Shown here one piece after another: positions 26,576 to 33,366 of a stretch of DNA of 64,000 nt; within the stretch, counting starts at the first letter, position 1, and each line of letters starts with the position of its first letter. Both the position numbers and the translations under genes were made by a program. The notes beneath the pieces were generated by a model. That model worked only from the letters and a program-made list of their open reading frames with translations. It did not search any database and had not been told where the DNA came from. Source of the DNA: Sulfurospirillum sp. UBA6810. Its GTDB lineage: Bacteria; Campylobacterota; Campylobacteria; Campylobacterales; Sulfurospirillaceae. The stretch spans positions 72,501-136,500 of the forward strand of contig DKEY01000016.1 in the NCBI GenBank assembly GCA_002469305.1. The letters run 5' to 3'.

Positions 26576-27083
26576 GGTAACTAATTATTTATTAGATGCT
26601 GTACCTTGCGTAACAGATGGAACATCAAACTGCTATAACAACACCGTAGCCAAAAATGTCACAAAAGCTATAGTTAATAATGTCGTTTATTCATGGGATG
26701 GAACATCTTGGTTTAGTGGGAGTAATTATTTAATAAACGATAAAAATTCAAAAATAACTGAAGTGACAACAGATAACCTTCTTTGGGCAACCGTAGGCTC
26801 TTTGGCAGTAGCAGGGAAAACCACAGCAAATAATTTATACTATGATGGTGGGAATAGTAGAAGGAGTTGGTCAAGTGCGAATTCTCTTTGTCAAAGCAAA
26901 GGAATGAGGCTTCCATATTTCAATGAAACAAACAATCAAATAAGTGGAGGGGTTTCTTCTTACCTTGATGGAACAATTACAGGAACTTTATCTGGAGGAA
27001 ATTATAAAAATTGGTTTAACACAAACTATAGCGATTGGCAACCACTTACATTTACGGGAGATTATGTTAGGTGCGTAAAGTGA
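26565..27083 (+). CDS. silent shufflon cassette S2 (lectin-like class)
   Basis: Frame open from the core site: VTGTVTNYLLDAVPCVTDG... The track ORF 26763.. is only its distal part. Contains CQSKGMRLPYFNET and ends YVRCVK. Confidence 0.8.
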   Translation, partial: VTGTVTNYLLDAVPCVTDGTSNCYNNTVAKNVTKAIVNNVVYSWDGTSWFSGSNYLINDKNSKITEVTTDNLLWATVGSLAVAGKTTANNLYYDGGNSRRSWSSANSLCQSKGMRLPYFNETNNQISGGVSSYLDGTITGTLSGGNYKNWFNTNYSDWQPLTFTGDYVRCVK

Positions 27084-27095
27084 TGTAACGGGTAC
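27084..27095 (+). repeat. shufflon core site R3
   Basis: Exact 12-mer immediately after the S2 stop, heading S3. Confidence 0.85.
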
Positions 27096-27597
27096 TGTGA
27101 CTAATAGCTTATTAGATGCCGTACCTTGTAGTTATTCTGCTTGCTATAGTAACACAATAGCAAAAATGGCAAAAATAGGAATTAATAGTGACAATATTCT
27201 ATTATCTTATGATGGTACGTATTGGAAACAAAAAAGTAATTTTTCTTTATATGTTAAAAACCACACCATTGATGGCAACACATATACTACTGTTCAAAAC
27301 TTTGCATTAAAGCCTAGTTGGAGTGAAGGATGGGCATCAAGACCTATGCTTTGGTATGATAGCGGTCACTCTATTCAGTCAAAACTTAATGCATATAATT
27401 ACTGTGTTTCTTTAGAAAGAAAGATGATAACACTTTCTGAAAGTACAGCTGGCGGTGCAAATGGTGTGCCATATTATTATACATGGAATTGGTTTGATAA
27501 TGGAATTTTTACAGGGTACGGTACTCATCTCTACATGAATAGTAGCACAGGTGCCGTATATGCTACAGATGCTAAATATTTTAGATGTGCCAAGTAA
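27085..27597 (+). CDS. silent shufflon cassette S3 (divergent lectin-like class)
   Basis: VTGTVTNSLLDAVPCSYSACYS... ending YFRCAK. The first ~143 nt are nearly identical to S13, in inverted orientation. Confidence 0.8.
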   Translation, partial: VTGTVTNSLLDAVPCSYSACYSNTIAKMAKIGINSDNILLSYDGTYWKQKSNFSLYVKNHTIDGNTYTTVQNFALKPSWSEGWASRPMLWYDSGHSIQSKLNAYNYCVSLERKMITLSESTAGGANGVPYYYTWNWFDNGIFTGYGTHLYMNSSTGAVYATDAKYFRCAK

Positions 27598-27618
27598 TAT
27601 AACCCTTATTTAAATTTT

Positions 27619-28182
27619 CTATTGAGGAACACACAAAAATTGATTACCAATTGTCGTTGGACAACTAGCTATCTTATTATCGCTAGATAACTGGCAAGAG
27701 CTGCTTGGCGCAGCTCTTAGTTTCCAATTATCTTCACACCAAAATACCCTTTTTGGTGTCATAGAAAAATCACTTAATGTTGCGGTTATTTTTGTAGTAG
27801 GAATACCATACCCTAATATTGTAGAACACCCATATGAGCTATTAACATTGGGGGAAACTAGCCACCATGATGTGCAATGTCTTATTGTTTGATTGTTTAA
27901 AATAGGAACCGTACTACCATAGCCAACTGATATTTTTCCACTTGCATTACTACTTGTTTCTGTTAGCCAATTCCATCCATTATAGGGAGCTTTACTAAAA
28001 TGAGCCGTTTTGTATGGATATGCTATATCAGAGGTAAGCACCATAAAGTTATTCCAAGAAAAACCTGATAAGTTAAATAAGAAAAATCCACTATCCCCAT
28101 TTGATCCCAAGCTTATATCAAATAATGAATAGTGAGTACTTTTAGCATCCAACATAGAGTTAGTAATAGCCGTACCCGTTAC
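27619..28182 (-). CDS. silent shufflon cassette S4 (FLCVP class)
   Basis: VTGTAITNSMLDAKSTHYSLF... ending IGNQFLCVPQ. Shares identical 5' (~52 nt) and 3' (128 nt) blocks with S8. Confidence 0.8.
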   Translation of the reverse strand, partial: VTGTAITNSMLDAKSTHYSLFDISLGSNGDSGFFLFNLSGFSWNNFMVLTSDIAYPYKTAHFSKAPYNGWNWLTETSSNASGKISVGYGSTVPILNNQTIRHCTSWWLVSPNVNSSYGCSTILGYGIPTTKITATLSDFSMTPKRVFWCEDNWKLRAAPSSSCQLSSDNKIASCPTTIGNQFLCVPQ

Positions 28183-28183
28183 A
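28172..28183 (-). repeat. shufflon core site R4
   Basis: GTACCCGTTACA on the + strand, heading S4. Confidence 0.85.
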
Positions 28184-28191
28184 ACGCACTA

Positions 28192-28827
28192 CTATCTTAC
28201 ACAACGAACATATTTTTCTTCAGTCGCAGGTCTTCTGTCTCCACTGCTAGAATTTCTCCATACCCAATAATTTGATGTGCCACTTGTGCTTGTTGTTGAA
28301 GTCCATGTATATGCCTCAGAAAAGCTCGGGACTCCGCCTGATGTACCAGCAGAGCCACAAGGATTATATGAGCTATTTCCCTCAAGATGTGTTTCTGTAT
28401 ATGAAGGCAATCTCATTCCTCTAACGGCACAGATATTTGTGCTATTCATGTGTTCATTAACATAATTACACCCTGCTGTCACCCAAGTTGAAATACCAAA
28501 ATGAGTCAATGTGTATCTTATATTAAAAGGCGTACTTGTATCAGTATAATATAAGCCATTGCTTGCTTCTAGATATGATGTTTTTACAACTAATATATTT
28601 TCATTAGACTGAGAACCAAGAAGTAGCATATTGTCACTTAATCGTTCCCATTTAGATAGATAAGGCTTTCCTAATTCTGTATATCTAGCAACAACATCGG
28701 ATGAGTTTTTAAAGTAACCATATCCAATACTTCTTGCTAAAGCACATTCTCCACTTCCAGTGTATGCTGAGCAATTTGTTGTTACAAGCACAGCATCTAA
28801 TAAATAATTAGTCACCGTACCCGTTAC
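28192..28827 (-). CDS. silent shufflon cassette S5 (lectin-like class)
   Basis: VTGTVTNYLLDAVLVTTN... Contains CAVRGMRLPSYTET and ends YVRCVR. Confidence 0.8.
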   Translation of the reverse strand, partial: VTGTVTNYLLDAVLVTTNCSAYTGSGECALARSIGYGYFKNSSDVVARYTELGKPYLSKWERLSDNMLLLGSQSNENILVVKTSYLEASNGLYYTDTSTPFNIRYTLTHFGISTWVTAGCNYVNEHMNSTNICAVRGMRLPSYTETHLEGNSSYNPCGSAGTSGGVPSFSEAYTWTSTTSTSGTSNYWVWRNSSSGDRRPATEEKYVRCVR

Positions 28828-28828
28828 A
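28817..28828 (-). repeat. shufflon core site R5
   Basis: Exact reverse-complement 12-mer heading S5. Confidence 0.85.
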
Positions 28829-28833
28829 TATTA

Positions 28834-29424
28834 CTATTTATACCAAACATCAGTTCCATATGAAGAGCAAGAAGCTACTTTGCTGCTGTAAGGATAATAT
28901 TCATACCAACAGCCACTATATCCATATAACCAAGCTGAAGCAAATGAAGCTCCATCCAGTTTCCAATCCCTTAAAAGTTTATTTATGTTTGTGTCATATG
29001 TTAATGAATTGCATTCTGTTCTCCAGTTTAAAGGTATTTGCTCATAGCAATATTTATTATACCCCTTTGCTGTAATCGTAGAAGCTACATTATTGGAATC
29101 TCTATAAAGTGTAGAAGTTGAAAAGCTTCCATATGAAGATATCGCTTTATCATCAAATGTTTCATTTCCCCAAGTGGTAGCTATTGGCAACACATAATAG
29201 CCTGCATAACTTTGAGCTATAGCTTGAACGTAGGTAGTTGATGAACGAACTGTTAGGTCTTTATCAACTAAAGATGGGCCATAATACCAATAGTTACCAC
29301 TTTTAGTAATTAGTTTACTGTTTTTCAAAGCAACGCCAACGCTAATGGCATTACTATTGGTATATGGGTTATCAGTAACTAAAATTGCATCCAACATAGA
29401 GTTGGTAATTTTACTACCCGTTAC
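28834..29424 (-). CDS. silent shufflon cassette S6 (WYK class, related to the currently expressed tail)
   Basis: VTGSKITNSMLDAILVTDNPYTN... ending CSSYGTDVWYK. Preceded by the only degenerate core copy. Confidence 0.75.
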   Translation of the reverse strand, partial: VTGSKITNSMLDAILVTDNPYTNSNAISVGVALKNSKLITKSGNYWYYGPSLVDKDLTVRSSTTYVQAIAQSYAGYYVLPIATTWGNETFDDKAISSYGSFSTSTLYRDSNNVASTITAKGYNKYCYEQIPLNWRTECNSLTYDTNINKLLRDWKLDGASFASAWLYGYSGCWYEYYPYSSKVASCSSYGTDVWYK

Positions 29425-29425
29425 A
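29414..29425 (-). repeat. shufflon core site R6, degenerate (TGTAACGGGTAG)
   Basis: CTACCCGTTACA on the + strand. Single substitution at the last core position, changing VTGT to VTGS. Heads S6. Confidence 0.7.
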
Positions 29426-29920
29426 TTAGAAATTCTTATAGCATTTTATCTCATCTAAAAGTGGTGTTAAAGTGTCACATTTTGGAGAATAAGAATATTT
29501 TCCTTGTATTAACCTATAAGTACTTGCTTGGTCATTCATATAGGTATTCCCTGATGAGACAGCCCACTCTGATGTTATTGTTAAGCTAGGTGTAGTGTCT
29601 ATTCCATCTTGAAATAAGATTAAAGTTGCACCATTATAAACTCTTGCTGAAGAATAGCAGTCATTACATCCCACTTGTGTCCCTGTTGGTGATATTAGTA
29701 CCCACATAGGTGAACTATCAAGCCCATCTTGCCATACTTTAGCATATCCATCAGTTCTAGTTTTTTGGCACATTCCTGAAATATAAACAAAACCACTCCC
29801 ATATATATCGCAAGCATAAGTACTGTTGGGATTGTAGCATCTTAACATTGTATAATCTGGGGATAATCCATCCATAATACAAGGATTATCCAAAAGCCCG
29901 TTGGTGACAGTACCCGTTAC
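29426..29920 (-). CDS. silent shufflon cassette S7 (unique Cys-rich class)
   Basis: VTGTVTNGLLDNPCIMDG... ending IKCYKNF. Confidence 0.75.
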   Translation of the reverse strand, partial: VTGTVTNGLLDNPCIMDGLSPDYTMLRCYNPNSTYACDIYGSGFVYISGMCQKTRTDGYAKVWQDGLDSSPMWVLISPTGTQVGCNDCYSSARVYNGATLILFQDGIDTTPSLTITSEWAVSSGNTYMNDQASTYRLIQGKYSYSPKCDTLTPLLDEIKCYKNF

Positions 29921-29921
29921 A
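29910..29921 (-). repeat. shufflon core site R7
   Basis: Exact reverse-complement 12-mer heading S7. Confidence 0.85.
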
Positions 29922-29926
29922 TATTA

Positions 29927-30484
29927 CTAAGGAACACACAAAAATTGATTACCAATTGTCGTTGGACAACTAGCTATCTTATTATCGCTAGATAACTGGC
30001 AAGAGCTGCTTGGCGAAGCTCTTAGTTTCCAATTATCTTCACACCAAAATACCCTTTTATCAACAAAGGAATAATCATATATGTCTGAATATATCTTAGT
30101 AGTGGGGATGCCATATCCAAATAGTCCACCATCTCCAAAAGTGCTTATTGAGTTATTAGAAGCCATAAAGTCCATATTGGCATCTTTATAAATAGTTTGC
30201 TGTCCACCTATTGAAATTGTGCTTGCATATCCTACACCAGCATAAGAACTAGATGCATTATCTGTTATCCAATAAAAACCATTATGCGCAAACTTTCTTA
30301 TGTAAGATGTTTTATATGGATAAGATGAGTCTGCGGTTAAAAGTAAAAAATCTCTCCAGTTTGCATTATACCAACCAAAGACATACGCTCCATCTGTTCC
30401 ATTCACTCCTAAACCAATATTAAAAAAAGAGTAGTGAGTACTTTTAGCATCCAACATAGAGTTAGTAATAGCCGTACCCGTTAC
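29927..30484 (-). CDS. silent shufflon cassette S8 (FLCVP class)
   Basis: VTGTAITNSMLDAKSTHYSFF... ending IGNQFLCVP. Its ends are identical to S4 and its middle has diverged. Confidence 0.8.
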   Translation of the reverse strand, partial: VTGTAITNSMLDAKSTHYSFFNIGLGVNGTDGAYVFGWYNANWRDFLLLTADSSYPYKTSYIRKFAHNGFYWITDNASSSYAGVGYASTISIGGQQTIYKDANMDFMASNNSISTFGDGGLFGYGIPTTKIYSDIYDYSFVDKRVFWCEDNWKLRASPSSSCQLSSDNKIASCPTTIGNQFLCVP

Positions 30485-30485
30485 A
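30474..30485 (-). repeat. shufflon core site R8
   Basis: Exact reverse-complement 12-mer heading S8. Confidence 0.85.
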
Positions 30486-30487
30486 TT

Positions 30488-31168
30488 TTAAAATGCAAAT
30501 GTTATATTTAGTGTAAATGTACCATCTGCAAGAGTGCAAGACTCAATCCATTCTGCACCTATCGTAGTAAAATACTGTGAAGAAAATGAGCCACTCATGG
30601 AAACAGTTGAATATGTAGCACTTCTTTGTCTATCTCCATTTGCACCATACAAAGTACCCACCTGAGAACTGTATGGAATTGATGTCATATATGGAGCAGA
30701 AGAAACGAGAGATGGTTTTACATACATAAATGCTATATGGTTATATTCTCCGCAAGAAGCATACTGTGCCGCACTTTGTGTGGCTGAATAACTAAAACTT
30801 CTTACTTTTCCAAAATTAAATTGTTTTGCACCATACATATTTGTTTTATCTTGGTTTGATGCCGAATAGCTTGCTGTATATTTACAATTATTTGGACTTA
30901 TAAAGCTAAATGCTGGAGTAGCCTCCGTACATGCATTATAATATCCTGCATATGATGTTCCTATACTTCTTATTTGAGCAGTATTTCGTATAACCAAGTC
31001 TTTATCTATATAACTAGTTGTATTGTATTTGCTCCAGTAGTCTCCATTTTTTTCAATTAACTGATTTTCTTTTATAGCAATCCCTATGCTAATTGCTTCA
31101 TTATTAGTATAGGGATTATCTGTTACCAATATAGCATCAAGCAACCGATTGGTAACAGTACCCGTTAC
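30488..31168 (-). CDS. silent shufflon cassette S9 (unique class)
   Basis: VTGTVTNRLLDAILVTDNPYTNNEAIS... ending LNITFAF. N-terminal module shared with S6. Confidence 0.75.
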   Translation of the reverse strand, partial: VTGTVTNRLLDAILVTDNPYTNNEAISIGIAIKENQLIEKNGDYWSKYNTTSYIDKDLVIRNTAQIRSIGTSYAGYYNACTEATPAFSFISPNNCKYTASYSASNQDKTNMYGAKQFNFGKVRSFSYSATQSAAQYASCGEYNHIAFMYVKPSLVSSAPYMTSIPYSSQVGTLYGANGDRQRSATYSTVSMSGSFSSQYFTTIGAEWIESCTLADGTFTLNITFAF

Positions 31169-31169
31169 A
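31158..31169 (-). repeat. shufflon core site R9
   Basis: Exact reverse-complement 12-mer heading S9. Confidence 0.85.
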
Positions 31170-31775
31170 TCACCTTACACAACGTATATAGTAAGTATTA
31201 TCATAAGCGTTATTATCACCTGTTGATGTCCATCTGTAATAATATTTTGTATCTGATTTATGACTAGTGGCGGTCCATGTTCTTCCGCTAGGATGTTGAG
31301 GAACGCCGAGAGAGCTCCCTGCACTAGAACAGGGGTTATTGCTGTTTGTATTTGTAGCAGATGTTTCGTCATACCTTGGCAACCTCATTCCTCTAATAGC
31401 ACAAATATTTGTGCTATTCATATTGTCATTGACATAATTACAAGTAGCAGAAGCCCAGTTAGCAACTCCAAATTCACCATTAAGACTTTTGCCCACTCCA
31501 AAAACACCTGATGTTTTGGTATAATACAGTCCATTTCCTGCCTGAGCAAAAATATCTGATACTACGCTAGATAAAGACAAACCTTCTTCGTTATTTTTAA
31601 AGTTCAAAACATTCCCATTACTAGGGAAATACCAAATTTTATAATTAGACAACTCAACGTGCTTTCCATTAGTGGTTATTGCATGTTTTATACTTTTAGC
31701 ATTATCGCAACCTTCTTGTCCAGCAAATAAACAAAGGGCACCATCTAACATATTATTAGTAACCGTACCCGTTAC
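31170..31775 (-). CDS. silent shufflon cassette S10 (lectin-like class)
   Basis: VTGTVTNNMLDGALC... Contains CAIRGMRLPRYDET and ends YIRCVR. C-terminal half parallels S5. Confidence 0.8.
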   Translation of the reverse strand, partial: VTGTVTNNMLDGALCLFAGQEGCDNAKSIKHAITTNGKHVELSNYKIWYFPSNGNVLNFKNNEEGLSLSSVVSDIFAQAGNGLYYTKTSGVFGVGKSLNGEFGVANWASATCNYVNDNMNSTNICAIRGMRLPRYDETSATNTNSNNPCSSAGSSLGVPQHPSGRTWTATSHKSDTKYYYRWTSTGDNNAYDNTYYIRCVR

Positions 31776-31776
31776 A
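31765..31776 (-). repeat. shufflon core site R10
   Basis: Exact reverse-complement 12-mer heading S10. Confidence 0.85.
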
Positions 31777-31783
31777 AACTCAA

Positions 31784-32287
31784 CTAAAAAGAATTAATAC
31801 AATCATTATTTGAAAAAGCTTTAATAGTAGAATCCTCTCTTGTGCAAAAATGATGCTGATAACCAGTAGAAGAAACATTCGCATAAGAACAGTCATACCA
31901 AGAATAGGAACTGCTACATCCTGAACTTGTGCATTTTACAAAAGAAGGTCGAATATTTATATTTGAAGAAATCCACCCAGTCCCATATTGTGTATCTGCC
32001 TTAATATGAGAAGGATTGTTTTCATAAAAAGAATATGATTCTAATACAATATTACTGTAAATTACTTTGTTGATATTTTTACACTGAGTGGTTGAACTAT
32101 ATACCCAAGTTTTTGTTAAATATCCACTACCATTGTCATAATACAAAAACAAACCATCTCTGTTAATTATCTTATTGTTAAAAACAAATTTAGGAACGCT
32201 AGAGTACGTTCTGCTAGTAGAATAGCAATTATTTTCACTTGTGCAAAGTACGGCATCTAACAACCGATTGGTAACAGTACCCGTTAC
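31784..32287 (-). CDS. silent shufflon cassette S11 (unique Cys-rich class)
   Basis: VTGTVTNRLLDAVLCTSENNCYS... ending NNDCINSF. Confidence 0.75.
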   Translation of the reverse strand, partial: VTGTVTNRLLDAVLCTSENNCYSTSRTYSSVPKFVFNNKIINRDGLFLYYDNGSGYLTKTWVYSSTTQCKNINKVIYSNIVLESYSFYENNPSHIKADTQYGTGWISSNINIRPSFVKCTSSGCSSSYSWYDCSYANVSSTGYQHHFCTREDSTIKAFSNNDCINSF

Positions 32288-32288
32288 A
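32277..32288 (-). repeat. shufflon core site R11
   Basis: Exact reverse-complement 12-mer heading S11. Confidence 0.85.
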
Positions 32289-32303
32289 ACTTAAACTTGT
32301 GGC

Positions 32304-32795
32304 TTATTTTACACAACGGATATAAATATAAGCATCTGTTCTATATGGATATTCACTTACACCACTATAACAAGCAGAATAATAAGATGCGGAATAAGGA
32401 GAGGTCCATGTCCATGTAGTACAAGATGGTACACCATTTGTATTTCCATCAAGTTTAGATTGTGCTCTTGTAACCATGCTCATACCTTTGTCGGTACAAT
32501 ATGTTGTACTTGGACCATATTGTTTTTGTCCTCCTTGACACTTATCATAGAGAAGCCCATTCCCAGCAACACCATCTATCTCTGATTTTGTTCCACGCCA
32601 AGAGGAAAATGTATTATCTAATACTTGTGTGACATTGCTAATCGGTGACCAAAAAACACCATCATACTTGGCAACGATATTATTTTTATATCCATAACCG
32701 ACATTCCTAGCTAAAACTGAATTAGATGTGCCATTGTAGGCGTTATCAGTAAAAAGTACGGCATCCAAAAGGTAGTTTGTCACAGTACCCGTTAC
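32304..32795 (-). CDS. silent shufflon cassette S12 (lectin-like class)
   Basis: VTGTVTNYLLDAVLFTDNAYNG... Contains CTDKGMSM and ends YIRCVK. Confidence 0.8.
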   Translation of the reverse strand, partial: VTGTVTNYLLDAVLFTDNAYNGTSNSVLARNVGYGYKNNIVAKYDGVFWSPISNVTQVLDNTFSSWRGTKSEIDGVAGNGLLYDKCQGGQKQYGPSTTYCTDKGMSMVTRAQSKLDGNTNGVPSCTTWTWTSPYSASYYSACYSGVSEYPYRTDAYIYIRCVK

Positions 32796-32796
32796 A
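32785..32796 (-). repeat. shufflon core site R12
   Basis: Exact reverse-complement 12-mer heading S12. Confidence 0.85.
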
Positions 32797-32811
32797 ACTT
32801 AAACTTGTGGC

Positions 32812-33360
32812 TTATTTTACACAACGAAGATACAAGCTATATCCATCATGAATCCAATATCCTTGCTCCCCGCTATTATTCCATCCTAAAATATTTGGAT
32901 AAGGTGTATTTGCTATATAGTTTATGTAAGTATGTGCCCCTATTCCACCGCTAGACACAATAGGAGGTACTCCATTTGTTATCGCAAAAGTTGTTTCTGT
33001 TTTTAAAGGAACTCGCCATCCTATATTTGTGCATTGTTGAAAAGCCGAGGCATAGTTTAAAGTTGAATAATATCCTTTATTATCTGTATACCAGAGACTA
33101 GGTCCAGAAGCCCATCCAATGCCACCACTAGGCTGTAGGGCTTCTTTGCTAATTGAAGTATAGGAATTTCCAGTAATGGTGTGGTCTTTAACATATAAAG
33201 AAGAATTGTTTTTCTGTGTCCAATACGTACCATCATAAGATAATAGAACATTGTCACTATTAATTCCTATTTTTGCCATTTTTGCTATTGTGTTACTATA
33301 GCAAGCAGAATAACTACAAGGTACGGCATCTAATAAGCTATTAGTCACAGTACCCGTTAC
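32812..33360 (-). CDS. silent shufflon cassette S13 (lectin-like class)
   Basis: VTGTVTNSLLDAVPCSYSACYS... Contains CTNIGWRVPLKTET and ends YLRCVK. Confidence 0.8.
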   Translation of the reverse strand, partial: VTGTVTNSLLDAVPCSYSACYSNTIAKMAKIGINSDNVLLSYDGTYWTQKNNSSLYVKDHTITGNSYTSISKEALQPSGGIGWASGPSLWYTDNKGYYSTLNYASAFQQCTNIGWRVPLKTETTFAITNGVPPIVSSGGIGAHTYINYIANTPYPNILGWNNSGEQGYWIHDGYSLYLRCVK

Positions 33361-33361
33361 A
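33350..33361 (-). repeat. shufflon core site R13
   Basis: Exact reverse-complement 12-mer heading S13, 5 nt after the stop of the expressed gene. Confidence 0.85.
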
Positions 33362-33366
33362 TAATG

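Noticed and set aside
26713-33257. Off-frame or antisense ORFs inside cassettes (26713..26916, 28197..28385, 28277..28465, 28860..29075, 31175..31372, 31260..31511, 33057..33257)
   Set aside because: Each overlaps a cassette frame that is supported by the conserved site/linker and conserved C-terminal signatures. None has start signals.
25983-33360. Diversity-generating retroelement, suggested by C-terminal lectin-like modules ending RCVK/RCVR
   Set aside because: There is no reverse transcriptase gene in the window, and no template/variable repeat pair with adenine-specific differences. The differences between cassettes are mosaic blocks and whole-domain replacements.
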